From a phage: DNA of 64,000 nt. Location: the NCBI GenBank assembly GCA_012338575.1, contig GCA_012338575.1_3616.1; one strand, written 5' to 3'. Positions 18,417 to 27,711 of this stretch are shown piece by piece (the first letter of the stretch is position 1; each line of letters starts with the position of its first letter). The notes beneath the pieces are model-generated. The model was not told the DNA's origin. It saw only the letters and a list, made by a program, of their open reading frames with translations, and made no database searches. A program made the position numbers and the translations under genes.

Positions 18417-18707
18417 TTACAGCTTGTTGTCGATAGTTTTTAAAATATCCACAGCAAGATCTGCCATTTTTCGAACATACTCTGCAAACTCAACAGGATC
18501 CTTGATCAAAGAATTCACAGGGTCGTACCCTAGAGCGTTTAAAATGGCTGCAGCATCTACAACCTTCTCATCATTTGCGAAGATCTCTCCGTCAAACTTG
18601 TAGGTCCATTTTGAGTCAACCTTAGCAGAGCAGGGTTTGTCCATGCTTGTTACACCATCGTCTTTAAACTCTCCTGCGTTATCAATATTTAGAATTAAAT
18701 CCATCAT
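18417..18707 (-). CDS. hypothetical protein (96 aa)
   Basis: ORF in leftward array. Confidence 0.45.
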   Translation of the reverse strand: MMDLILNIDNAGEFKDDGVTSMDKPCSAKVDSKWTYKFDGEIFANDEKVVDAAAILNALGYDPVNSLIKDPVEFAEYVRKMADLAVDILKTIDNKL

Positions 18708-18724
18708 GGTGACACCTCACTGTT

Positions 18725-19123
18725 TCAGTTTAGCCTTTCTTCAACAACCCCATAACTTGGGGCAGAGTCAAGAGCTTTCTGGTTTAAAAGTGGAGTAGCA
18801 GAATCTGCAAACGGTGTCCAAGTTTTTGTTCTGGCATTCCAGTAATGCTTCACTCTGGAATCTGGATGCACTATAACAAAAACTTTTTCACTTGTCAACA
18901 CATTAATTTCTTCTACACCCTTGCTGATAATTTCTCCGTCATAGCCCCCAGTCTGGTATCCTTCGTACCAGGTTCTTGCATAGGCATAGCCAGCCTGCCA
19001 GCATGCAGCCTCCTCCGAGGTGGAGACTACGTAGAAGTCTTTCTCAAATTCTGGAATACGCCCTTGCTTTACGCTCCAAGCCCCGCGAATTTTCATTGTA
19101 ACTTTAAACAGTTTATTTTTCAC
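18725..19123 (-). CDS. hypothetical protein, paralog family B (132 aa)
   Basis: See 16523-16918. Confidence 0.5.
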   Translation of the reverse strand: MKNKLFKVTMKIRGAWSVKQGRIPEFEKDFYVVSTSEEAACWQAGYAYARTWYEGYQTGGYDGEIISKGVEEINVLTSEKVFVIVHPDSRVKHYWNARTKTWTPFADSATPLLNQKALDSAPSYGVVEERLN

Positions 19124-19135
19124 AACGGTTACCCA

Positions 19136-19390
19136 TCACAGCTCTACAATATCTGCATCTGACCCTACCCCAAAGGCATAGTAGGACTCTTCCCCGAAAT
19201 AATATTCAGGTGCACCAGCGGTGATCAGGTCTGATCCCAAGATAAACACCACGTTGTGGCCTACATAACCGTGATGTTGCCGCACAGGATCATCCCACGG
19301 CAACCCTTCAAAGTATACCGCAGGAACGACCTTTCCATTCAGGAAGGATTGTCCCAAGTAGACGTTAGAATCAAGAATTTTAACCTTCAT
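19136..19390 (-). CDS. small acidic protein, paralog family A (84 aa)
   Basis: MKVKILDSNVYLGQ...GSDLITAGAPEYY...DADIVEL. Confidence 0.55.
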   Translation of the reverse strand: MKVKILDSNVYLGQSFLNGKVVPAVYFEGLPWDDPVRQHHGYVGHNVVFILGSDLITAGAPEYYFGEESYYAFGVGSDADIVEL

Positions 19391-19607
19391 GATCGTCCTC
19401 CACTACCTCTACATCCTCACCTAGGGCAAAGTTGTAGGTCCACTGACTGTCAAAGCATTCCTGAGATGCACCAGCGGCAATAAGATCTGCTCCTTTTATT
19501 TTTAAAAGGTCAGGGTAATCTTCGTTAGGGACAGCAGTAAACACTTTTCCTACTAAAGGCTCCTGACCAATATAGAAGCTTGAATCTAAAACTTTAACTT
19601 TCATCAA
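19380..19607 (-). CDS. small acidic protein, paralog family A (75 aa)
   Basis: MMKVKVLDSSFYIGQ...GADLIAAGASQE...DVEVVEDD. Confidence 0.55.
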   Translation of the reverse strand: MMKVKVLDSSFYIGQEPLVGKVFTAVPNEDYPDLLKIKGADLIAAGASQECFDSQWTYNFALGEDVEVVEDDHEG

Positions 19608-19891
19608 CGGTCTCCATCAGGTGGTTGTGGGACGTAAACACTGTTACGAATATCGTCCGCAGTATAGTAATAAGTGTCTCCAACCCTATCTCTGGCTGCA
19701 ATGTACTCTGCTATACCAATAAGTGCCATTGATTTGGTGGCGTATCTTCCCAACTCGTTAGCTCCCCAGTAGAATTTAGACCAATAGGGAATAAGACCGA
19801 ACAAATATACCTTTTGACGAACTTCCCAGTAAGTGCCTTTCCCGACAAGTTTAAACTCAACTTCACCACTGTTAATCTTTTTCATTATCAA
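19604..19891 (-). CDS. hypothetical protein (95 aa)
   Basis: ORF, overlapping stops/starts. Confidence 0.45.
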   Translation of the reverse strand: MIMKKINSGEVEFKLVGKGTYWEVRQKVYLFGLIPYWSKFYWGANELGRYATKSMALIGIAEYIAARDRVGDTYYYTADDIRNSVYVPQPPDGDR

Positions 19892-20184
19892 TCTCCCTCT
19901 ACCGTGGTCGGATTGTCAGTAAGAAATTGAGCATTAGCTGGAGGCACGCCTGACATTTTCCACACAACCATAAGTTTGTAACCAGGCACTCTATTAAGCG
20001 CAGATCGAGTAGAGTTTGTGCACGTATACTTTCGCTTTCCAAACCCGTTCTCCATCATAATCCAGTACCCAGTATCTTTGTCACCAGGTATTGGTAGACC
20101 ACCTTCATCAACCCACTGAATGGACCACGGCACGATGGCTACAGCTTTATATTTAAACTTTTTAAACCACTCAAAAAGTTTCAT
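19888..20184 (-). CDS. hypothetical protein (98 aa)
   Basis: ORF in array. Confidence 0.45.
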   Translation of the reverse strand: MKLFEWFKKFKYKAVAIVPWSIQWVDEGGLPIPGDKDTGYWIMMENGFGKRKYTCTNSTRSALNRVPGYKLMVVWKMSGVPPANAQFLTDNPTTVEGD

Positions 20185-20279
20185 AATTCAGCCTCGCATA
20201 GACATAATCACTATAAACAGGCAAACAATGAATCCGAATGCCACGCCACCCATAAACGTTAATATTGATGCAATCATAG

Positions 20280-20465
20280 TCAATCAGCCTCGCTTGGCAA
20301 CTCTTCTACCTTAACATGCCGAAAAGTGTTACCGTAATGGTTGATCCAGGACATCAGCTCACTTTCTTGCTCTTCCTCTGAGATGGACTCTCGAATGCTG
20401 ACAAGTTTTAAGAAAACCCAATCACAATCTGCACCCATTCTACCAGACAGACAATAATGCTTCAT
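20280..20465 (-). CDS. hypothetical protein (61 aa)
   Basis: ORF in array. Confidence 0.35.
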   Translation of the reverse strand: MKHYCLSGRMGADCDWVFLKLVSIRESISEEEQESELMSWINHYGNTFRHVKVEELPSEAD

Positions 20466-20484
20466 AAAAACCCTCCACCCTGGT

Positions 20485-20685
20485 TTAGAATACTGCCTCT
20501 TTTAATGATCCAAGGAGCAGCAGGTGTGAAATCTGATCCACATTCATGGTAGATTCAATCTCCTCTTTTTTGAAAGGTTCTCGGCAAAACAGAACTACAT
20601 TTGGGTTTTCGCTACGCACTATATAATACAGATCGTTCAAATCATTCTCATAGTAGGTATTAAATTTAAGAATTTTGTCACTCAT
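20485..20685 (-). CDS. hypothetical protein (66 aa)
   Basis: ORF in array. Confidence 0.4.
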   Translation of the reverse strand: MSDKILKFNTYYENDLNDLYYIVRSENPNVVLFCREPFKKEEIESTMNVDQISHLLLLGSLKEAVF

Positions 20686-20969
20686 TTTCTAATCCTCTTC
20701 TTAGATTTTTGGGGAGAAACGCTTTCTGCAATACGAGACAAACGTTCTTCTGAAGCCTTGCCTATTCCAGGTTTTTTGAGTGGATTATCTTTATGACCAC
20801 AATCCAATTGGATATTGGATACCTCTCCAACCTTGTAAGTTAATTCTAGCAAAAGGTTGTCGTCCTTGTCAAATGTTCTTACGATAAATTTTTTATCGTT
20901 CTCCTGAACTTCATATCTGGTACCTGCAGTATACAGCATGGTGCCATCAGTGTAGGATATCCAAATCAT
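20682..20969 (-). CDS. hypothetical protein (95 aa)
   Basis: ORF in array. Confidence 0.45.
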   Translation of the reverse strand: MIWISYTDGTMLYTAGTRYEVQENDKKFIVRTFDKDDNLLLELTYKVGEVSNIQLDCGHKDNPLKKPGIGKASEERLSRIAESVSPQKSKKRIRK

Positions 20970-21313
20970 TGCACCTCCTTCTGCTGCAACAGCATTAACT
21001 CTTTGTTGGAAATCTTTACTGCTGTCTTTATTGTTCCATCTTCACGGAACCACGACCAGAATTCTACAGTGTCACCACTATCAAGCAAGGCATGACCATG
21101 GTAAAAATCCTTGTCCTTAGACAGTTTCTCATCTATATCTGCATCGACACATTCGTGATCCATAGCATTTTGCCTGAATGCATCGGTTATGCCAATGCAT
21201 GCCTTGCTCTCAAGACTAGTATATCCAATATCTTTTAATTCAGTTTCCCAAGTCCAGTATCCTACAAAAGCTACAACAGCTACCCACATTAATATCGATT
21301 TAATCTTTGGCAT
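20966..21313 (-). CDS. membrane-anchored/secreted protein (115 aa)
   Basis: N-terminal hydrophobic segment ILMWVAVVAFVGYW. Confidence 0.45.
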   Translation of the reverse strand: MPKIKSILMWVAVVAFVGYWTWETELKDIGYTSLESKACIGITDAFRQNAMDHECVDADIDEKLSKDKDFYHGHALLDSGDTVEFWSWFREDGTIKTAVKISNKELMLLQQKEVQ

Positions 21314-21373
21314 TCTCTCTACCTCTTTCTTAGTTTATTTAGTTATGGCACATCCTTTGTGCCTTATTGCACA

Positions 21374-21835
21374 CTACTTAAACAACAGTTCAAGATAGTG
21401 CAAAATTAACAGAAGTTGAATTACGCCTAGCACAACGGCAAGTATGTTAATCTTAGAATCAAAAAACTTCTTAACTTTTACCCTAAAAGGCTCCTTAATG
21501 TCCTTTACGATCCTATTTATAGATGATTTCATATCCCTGATTACCATCCTGAACATTAGAGACGGATCTTCCTTCTCTGTAACAGAATCGAAAACATACT
21601 CTCTTCGGTCATAAGGACCTCCAGATCTGCGTATTAACCTCTCCACAGAGACCTCGTACGACACACCTGTAACGTAATCATCTATGACAAGGAGTGACGG
21701 GTCTTTATCGTCCAAGGGTATCAAAGTTATCTTTCCAGATTTTGTTAAAATTTCTCCTTTTTCAAGCAAGGTGTACCAATGCTCTCTACCAAGATTGTTG
21801 AGGCACGTTTTTACATATTTAACAAACATCGTCAC
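21374..21835 (-). CDS. hypothetical protein with C-terminal TM helix (153 aa)
   Basis: C-terminus INILAVVLGVIQLLLILHYL. Confidence 0.45.
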   Translation of the reverse strand: MTMFVKYVKTCLNNLGREHWYTLLEKGEILTKSGKITLIPLDDKDPSLLVIDDYVTGVSYEVSVERLIRRSGGPYDRREYVFDSVTEKEDPSLMFRMVIRDMKSSINRIVKDIKEPFRVKVKKFFDSKINILAVVLGVIQLLLILHYLELLFK

Positions 21836-22035
21836 CCCTCATCGCACGTCTGATATAACCACTCTATAAAATCTTGATACCATTCGCCCTCAGAGCGCTC
21901 CGTAGGCCAATAATCTTCACCCTCTCGTGCATTAAAATCTGAGTATTCAACTTTCCACTCCTTTACCAGCTCGTGGAGAAGGTTTTCAGCCTGCTCTAAA
22001 GATTTATTTTTTACCATTGCTGTCTCCTTTTTCAA
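21832..22035 (-). CDS. hypothetical protein (67 aa)
   Basis: ORF in array. Confidence 0.4.
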   Translation of the reverse strand: MKKETAMVKNKSLEQAENLLHELVKEWKVEYSDFNAREGEDYWPTERSEGEWYQDFIEWLYQTCDEG

Positions 22036-22236
22036 GATAGTTATACATCAGAACTACACCACCTAAGATGGCTACCAGTAACAATACCCCAGATAGCATC
22101 TCAATAAACATGGCTTGAAACACTGGAAGGTCTCCCTAAGTTAACGCACCATTTTAAATACATGCTCTTTTCCCATAAAGGTGCCTGGCTAAGATCTGCG
22201 TAGAACGCAATCTCTTTAAGAACAGTATAAACAGTT

Positions 22237-22473
22237 TTAGGTGCGGTCTCCATCCCTACTCTCCTTTTTCTCCTTACGAATATTCTTGTAGTAATCAACT
22301 AGGCACATTATTACGATGAAGATAACAATAGGCCAAAAAGGTGCAGCAGTGATGATGGTGATAAAATCATCAAACTTCACCTTTCGTCTAGACACGATGC
22401 ATATACCTGTCAAGAATACCGCTGTTATAACGGCTATTACCAGGTAACCTATTAGCACAACATTTATACTCAT
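22237..22473 (-). CDS. small membrane protein (78 aa, two predicted TM helices)
   Basis: Hydrophobic segments VVLIGYLVIAVITAVFLTGICIV and ITAAPFWPIVIFIVIMCLV. Confidence 0.45.
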   Translation of the reverse strand: MSINVVLIGYLVIAVITAVFLTGICIVSRRKVKFDDFITIITAAPFWPIVIFIVIMCLVDYYKNIRKEKKESRDGDRT

Positions 22474-22491
22474 TAGCCCTCCCTTTGTAGG

Positions 22492-23037
22492 TTAAATTGT
22501 ATACTGCAGATGGTTGCTGATGGTGTCAAGAAAATTATCCCGTTCTTTCTCAGAGTTTTCACGGGTGTATCTGAAAAACATATCGAGAATAACCTTATTG
22601 ATATATTCCAGCTCCTCTGTGTTCAGGTACTTAGCAGGGTCTACAATGACATCCCAAGTCTCATACAGACCGCACTCATGATACCCCCAACGCTGCTCAA
22701 TTGTCAAGCTGAGTGGCAAATCTTTACCGTCACAAACAACCTTCCATCTACAAATGCTGGTATCTGGGCGTATCTGTGCACGGTATACCTGTACAAAATC
22801 CAGTTTGAATTTGAGGTACTCGTCATACAATTTAAGCACAAAGCTCTCGATTTGGGGAGACACTTTTGCAGCAAACTGTGCGTATTTATACTTGCACTGG
22901 ATGATCTTTCTGCGTTTTGCAGTTAAATTTTTTGCAGCCAGTTGTTCTTCAGTATATCTCCATCTACGATCAACAAACGCAACAGGGTCTTTGTCCCCAT
23001 AGAGGTCTTCCCAGTTAATCAGAAGCATACCTGTCAC
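22492..23037 (-). CDS. hypothetical protein (181 aa)
   Basis: ORF in array. Confidence 0.5.
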   Translation of the reverse strand: MTGMLLINWEDLYGDKDPVAFVDRRWRYTEEQLAAKNLTAKRRKIIQCKYKYAQFAAKVSPQIESFVLKLYDEYLKFKLDFVQVYRAQIRPDTSICRWKVVCDGKDLPLSLTIEQRWGYHECGLYETWDVIVDPAKYLNTEELEYINKVILDMFFRYTRENSEKERDNFLDTISNHLQYTI

Positions 23038-23267
23038 TCCTCCACAACTTCAAGGCCTTTGCCGCCTCGTTCTGGTAGATTACTTAAAGACAGGTAATAC
23101 GTATAGTCAGGAGAGATCCTGCCAGACTCTGCACCTGCAGCTAATAAATCTTTTCCCTTAACCATGACAACATTCTCGTTTGCAGATAGCTGTTTTGCTT
23201 CCACAATTTTACCAACACAGTCAACCAAGGAAGGGTACCCTAAATCTGTAAGAAATTTAACTTTCAT
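23034..23267 (-). CDS. small acidic protein, paralog family A (77 aa)
   Basis: MKVKFLTDLGYP...GKDLLAAGAESG...GLEVVEE. Confidence 0.55.
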   Translation of the reverse strand: MKVKFLTDLGYPSLVDCVGKIVEAKQLSANENVVMVKGKDLLAAGAESGRISPDYTYYLSLSNLPERGGKGLEVVEE

Positions 23268-23306
23268 GCTACCTCCTACTTATACCGTCCCTGGTAAGAT
23301 AAATTA

Positions 23307-23705
23307 TTACTGAACAGAGCGCGGAGCTGGGAAGGATAACTCTTCTAAAGAGAAGATTTCATTTCCCACAATCCATGTTGCCGGATCATCTGGGTTGACT
23401 GGATAGATAATCATCACCTCGTCCGTGTTACATACCCGCTTTTTACCTGTGGAGTTATCAGCAACCAGCATACGAGGTTCTTCAGAAATACACAGGTAGC
23501 CTCCTCGGCCCACTGTTCCTTCCACAGGGTCTTGTCCTTTGATCACGATGATTATCTTCTCTCCTGAGGTGATATTACCTTGCACACTCACCGTTTGACC
23601 AACTTTAGATGTGCCGAACTTGGTGGTTTCAAACATTAAATCTCGAATTACTGTTGCATAGTCTCCAGACACTTTCTTACCTTCTTTAGTGATCTCAATC
23701 TTCAT
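23307..23705 (-). CDS. hypothetical protein (132 aa)
   Basis: ORF in array. Confidence 0.45.
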   Translation of the reverse strand: MKIEITKEGKKVSGDYATVIRDLMFETTKFGTSKVGQTVSVQGNITSGEKIIIVIKGQDPVEGTVGRGGYLCISEEPRMLVADNSTGKKRVCNTDEVMIIYPVNPDDPATWIVGNEIFSLEELSFPAPRSVQ

Positions 23706-23968
23706 ACACTGGGCTCCTTAAATGAATCTATGTAATCAATTAAATCCCAAGCATCCCTATGACCTGTCAGAGGGTATACTTCTCCAAGAGGGATCATAGC
23801 AATAAGTCTATCAAAAACCCAATCTGGGCGCAACATTTTATGGTGATACTCCCACTCACCTTCTACAGATTTTTTCTGAGTAATCAGGATCTCTGTGTAG
23901 TGTTTCGCCTGTCTTGAGTAAATTGAAAATGACTTGTACATAAATGACCCCCTTGTTGAGAACAACAA
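23702..23968 (-). CDS. hypothetical protein (88 aa)
   Basis: ORF in array. Confidence 0.45.
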   Translation of the reverse strand: MLFSTRGSFMYKSFSIYSRQAKHYTEILITQKKSVEGEWEYHHKMLRPDWVFDRLIAMIPLGEVYPLTGHRDAWDLIDYIDSFKEPSV

Positions 23969-23975
23969 TACATAA

Positions 23976-24260
23976 CTACCAGGTTACTGTCAAGTAGGCA
24001 ACCGTGTTATTTTTCTCTGGAGAGATGCCAACAACATCTACCTGCAGACCTCCTGCCCTCAAATCCCCAACAATATGCGGGAAGTAATCTGAGAGATGTG
24101 AGGGTAGATTTATCGAAAATCCGCATCCCAGAAAGCCTGCTAACGCTTTATTTTGTATCTCCCCTACAATCGCATCATAAATGGAGTTAAGCTCGTCAGG
24201 GAGCGTTACAGGACGTTTTAGCGCTAACTGGTGCAACTTGTCCTTAGCACTCATTTTCAT
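23976..24260 (-). CDS. hypothetical protein (about 94 aa)
   Basis: Internal ATG preceded by GAGG chosen as start. Confidence 0.4.
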   Translation of the reverse strand: MKMSAKDKLHQLALKRPVTLPDELNSIYDAIVGEIQNKALAGFLGCGFSINLPSHLSDYFPHIVGDLRAGGLQVDVVGISPEKNNTVAYLTVTW

Positions 24261-24790
24261 TTCAAATCTGCCTCTGGTGGTGCCAACCACATAAACGGCG
24301 GCAAGTCTAAACGGTTTTTCTTATCCCACACAAAATATGCATATGCTTGCCCGTCAGTTCTGCCGTTTGATTGAAATGATGGACGCTTAGATATTGTGAT
24401 CACAGTAGTAGGTGCATTATCAAGCCACCATTCAAATCTGGCTTTGCTTTCCAGAAAATTAAGACGCAAAAGCATAATAACTACGTCAGCATCTTTCAAC
24501 GCCTTGTCTACAAACTCACGAGCCAGGCTGTATGGTGGGTTGGTGATAATACAGTCAACATGGTTGTATTCTGTATTCAGATAGTCAACACCTTCTTGTA
24601 TTTCTCCCCATGCAGATCCTAACGGCATACGGGAGTAGAACACACCTGAGGCACTATTCCTGCAAGGCTCTAAGTAGGTCCAGTCTTCTGGGAACGGAAT
24701 AAGGTCATACAGCCCTTCTGCACACCACTCCGGTGTCACATACTCATCGTAGGCGTTACGTTGTTCATCAGGTTTTCTAGCACAAGTCAT
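24257..24790 (-). CDS. DNA N6-adenine methyltransferase-like (NPPY motif)
   Basis: IITNPPY catalytic motif and upstream acidic SAM-region; 177 aa. Confidence 0.55.
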   Translation of the reverse strand: MTCARKPDEQRNAYDEYVTPEWCAEGLYDLIPFPEDWTYLEPCRNSASGVFYSRMPLGSAWGEIQEGVDYLNTEYNHVDCIITNPPYSLAREFVDKALKDADVVIMLLRLNFLESKARFEWWLDNAPTTVITISKRPSFQSNGRTDGQAYAYFVWDKKNRLDLPPFMWLAPPEADLK

Positions 24791-24807
24791 GCAAATCTCC
24801 AGATCAT

Positions 24808-24830
24808 AAAAGCCCTCCGAAGAGGGCTTT
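24808..24830 (-). terminator. hairpin terminator (possibly bidirectional)
   Basis: AGCCCTC-cgaa-GAGGGCT flanked by AAA and TTT. Confidence 0.5.
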
Positions 24831-24841
24831 AGAATTAATGT

Positions 24842-25891
24842 TTAAGCTTCTTCGACAATTCCTGCACCCAGGATTTTTTCATTGAGCTCTTTTGCTGTTT
24901 TAATAATATTGTCCACCAGACGCTTGCGAGTCTTATCTTTCACCTTAACCTCTTCACCGCCGTTCAGAGTAGTCTTCAATTGAGACAGAATATCCTGAAG
25001 TTCGACGACAGAGAATCGCTGCAGATCTTCTGAAGTAATTTCACCCAGGGCGATCCGGACGGTCTCGCCACTTTCCATCTGCAGATTCAGGAACACAGTG
25101 TGAACATCATCTTTCATACCATTTGCTTTTGCAGACTCAACAGCATGAACTAACTCATCTAAAGATGTGCATTGGTGAACCTCTGGCAGGCCTGCTTCGC
25201 CTAGCACACCCTCTTCATCACTTTTTGCCAAAAGCTTTTTCGGTTTCTGTCCATTCTGAATGCGCTGAATGTTTTCATCGTCCAGAATGATAGCACCAGT
25301 TCTAGATGCCAGCTCTTCTCCATCTAACCACACTTCACCGCCAGCTGTGATGGATGCGATCTCATCTTCTGTCAGCACCCCACCGTAGTATTTTTCGATC
25401 AGGCGTTCAAAACGTTTTTTCCAGTAGCTGACTTGAGTATTCATGTTCACACCGTTACCATAAGTGCCACCTTGATAGTAGTGGAACATAAACTCTGTGT
25501 CCGGAGCCACAGTACGTTCTTTACAACCAAGCCATAAGATTGTTCCAGCAGAGCAGCACATCCCTTCAGCATGTGCAACAACGCTTGCCTGAGACTCTCG
25601 GAATGCCTGCAGATAAGCCATTGCAATGTGCACGCAACCCCCAGGGCTATTGATGATCACCCTAATGCTTTCTTCCGGCTGAGCCATACGGATCGTCTGC
25701 AGACGAGACATATGATCTTGTAAGTCTTCCAAATCGTCGATATAAAGAACGTGGTCAACAACAGGTGTTGGGTAGCTGTATGTTTCCATGATACCGCCCG
25801 GCATACCAAACATTTTATTACTCATAGGTTCGAAACCGTTCTGTTTTTCTTTCATGCCGTGTACCATGGTGCTGCGAGGTGTTAAATTCAT
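24842..25891 (-). CDS. ClpP-family serine protease homolog with long C-terminal extension
   Basis: INSPGGCVHIAMAYLQAF...GMCCSAG...MFHYYQGG aligns with recalled ClpP INSPGGVITAGMSIYD...GQAASMG...MIHQPLGG (Ser and His conserved); 349 aa vs about 207 for ClpP. Confidence 0.65.
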   Translation of the reverse strand: MNLTPRSTMVHGMKEKQNGFEPMSNKMFGMPGGIMETYSYPTPVVDHVLYIDDLEDLQDHMSRLQTIRMAQPEESIRVIINSPGGCVHIAMAYLQAFRESQASVVAHAEGMCCSAGTILWLGCKERTVAPDTEFMFHYYQGGTYGNGVNMNTQVSYWKKRFERLIEKYYGGVLTEDEIASITAGGEVWLDGEELASRTGAIILDDENIQRIQNGQKPKKLLAKSDEEGVLGEAGLPEVHQCTSLDELVHAVESAKANGMKDDVHTVFLNLQMESGETVRIALGEITSEDLQRFSVVELQDILSQLKTTLNGGEEVKVKDKTRKRLVDNIIKTAKELNEKILGAGIVEEA

Positions 25892-25951
25892 GAGAAATCC
25901 TTAATATTGGAAGTTGAAAGCTATTTATTTAAACCTGATTCACATTTACCT

Positions 25952-26263
25952 TTATTTAGCAATCACTATAGAGTACTTACGATTGTCAGAAGCATCACAG
26001 CTCAATGATTGCCAGTCTACCACATACCACGTATCATTGTCAACAATTACTTTATCGCCTGTTCTGTAGCAGGTGCTGCTTTCAATAATCCGAGACTCGA
26101 TAAAGAATCTGTGTCGGCGCTCACGTAGCAACGCTAAGTTGATTATATTACCACCACTGTCCTTGATCCATACATTCTTGGATCCTTTATATGCCAAAAT
26201 TGTCTCGCCGTTATAGACAAACAGGCAGTATATTTTATTCAGTCTCTCTTGTATTGTAGCCAT
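25952..26263 (-). CDS. hypothetical protein (103 aa)
   Basis: ORF. Confidence 0.45.
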   Translation of the reverse strand: MATIQERLNKIYCLFVYNGETILAYKGSKNVWIKDSGGNIINLALLRERRHRFFIESRIIESSTCYRTGDKVIVDNDTWYVVDWQSLSCDASDNRKYSIVIAK

Positions 26264-26361
26264 ACTATCTCCCTCTCTTGTCAGATAATAATATCTAAAG
26301 CTTTACCTGTTTGTCAACAACTGTTTTAGATATTTAAGGGTGGAATAACCACCCTTCTGCA

Positions 26362-27150
26362 TTACTCGGAAACAGGGGTCCAAATATGATTTGCACGATC
26401 CTCAATAAGATTGAGTGCGATCTGACGGCCCAACCCGGAACGAACGACATCGTCTGGACTATCAAAGCTGATCATTCCAACCTCAGGATCTGGATGACGA
26501 GTAAAGAAATCCGTCACCCATGCAAGGCCAGATTTACCAGGGATGTCACGTTGGCTATTATCGCCCATAATTACAAGGGTGGCCTGATCAGAGATCCTTG
26601 TGATAATTGACAACATTTCTTCAGGGTTAGTTTGCTGTGCCTCGTCAATCAGGACAAAGCACCGCTCATCGAAACTACGACCACGAATGCTTTCAACTTC
26701 ACAAATCTCGATACGGCTGTTCTGACCGTCTCCCAGCATTGCGGCAAAAGCACCTTTGCCAACACGACGACAAATCGTGTCCATCATGCTACGAAGGTAA
26801 GGCCAAAGCTTCTGCATTGACGTTCCCGGTTTGTATCCGCTTGATTTTCCGGTCTGTACATAAGGACGTGCAACAATGATCTTATCAATCTCATTCTTAC
26901 GCAGAAGATCACCTGCATATGCAGATGCCATGAATGTCTTACCGGATCCAAACACACCGTTTACAATAATAATCTTACGTGACCCTAGATAATCAAGATA
27001 CTTTTGCTGCTTTTTATTCATCGGTCGGAGAGCTGGAGCGGTGTGCTCTCGTTCGTCAGCAAATTTCTCAGCAGCTTTACGCAGGCGATCAGATTTGCGA
27101 GCCTCTTTAGCTTCATCACGCATGCGTTTTGTTTCTTTAGCTCGACCCAT
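26362..27150 (-). CDS. phoH: PhoH-like ATPase
   Basis: Walker A GVFGSGKT, RGRSFDERCFVLIDEAQ and GDNSQRD motifs typical of PhoH. Confidence 0.7.
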   Translation of the reverse strand: MGRAKETKRMRDEAKEARKSDRLRKAAEKFADEREHTAPALRPMNKKQQKYLDYLGSRKIIIVNGVFGSGKTFMASAYAGDLLRKNEIDKIIVARPYVQTGKSSGYKPGTSMQKLWPYLRSMMDTICRRVGKGAFAAMLGDGQNSRIEICEVESIRGRSFDERCFVLIDEAQQTNPEEMLSIITRISDQATLVIMGDNSQRDIPGKSGLAWVTDFFTRHPDPEVGMISFDSPDDVVRSGLGRQIALNLIEDRANHIWTPVSE

Positions 27151-27188
27151 GTTGGGACTCCTTTCAGATTGAGATGTGTCTGGAACTT

Positions 27189-27539
27189 TTACTGCAACAG
27201 TTTTTCAATAGCCGCTTCCATGCTGCTTGCAACAGCCTGAACTCGGATATTCATCTCTTCTTGGTGGATCAGCTCCTTAAGCTCTTTAATGGTAAATTCT
27301 TTAGAGAAACCCTCCACCATAATCTTGTGCAAGGCTTCTTGCGTGTCTACTTGCAAGAACTTTTCCAGTTTGTTGGCAGAGGCTTCTAAATCAGCCCGAA
27401 TACGAGGGTCATCTGTGCGATTCAGCATTAGGCGTAAACCATCAAGATTAGTGGAAATAGCGTCTGCATGTTGAGTAACTAACCGTGGCAAAATGAGATC
27501 TACAAACTTATTAGCCAAATCGATACGTTCTTGTGTCAC
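27189..27539 (-). CDS. hypothetical protein (116 aa, GTG start)
   Basis: ORF. Confidence 0.45.
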   Translation of the reverse strand: MTQERIDLANKFVDLILPRLVTQHADAISTNLDGLRLMLNRTDDPRIRADLEASANKLEKFLQVDTQEALHKIMVEGFSKEFTIKELKELIHQEEMNIRVQAVASSMEAAIEKLLQ

Positions 27540-27649
27540 TGTTGCACCCCCTCTTCATCTTCATGATGTTTCTTTTCACGCTTGTGTTTTTTCTTAAGCT
27601 CAAGCGCAATCTCTTTCTTGTACGCCTTCTTCAAGGCTTTTTTAGCCAT
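27536..27649 (-). CDS. small lysine-rich protein (37 aa)
   Basis: ATG after AGGAGG (6-nt spacer); MAKKALKKAYKKEIALELKKKHKREKKHHEDEEGVQQ; stop overlaps downstream GTG; not in ORF track. Confidence 0.45.
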   Translation of the reverse strand: MAKKALKKAYKKEIALELKKKHKREKKHHEDEEGVQQ

Positions 27650-27711
27650 TTGGCACCTCCTCTGCTTTCATTACGACAATTATAACCAACTTAACAAAGC
27701 TTTGTCAACAA

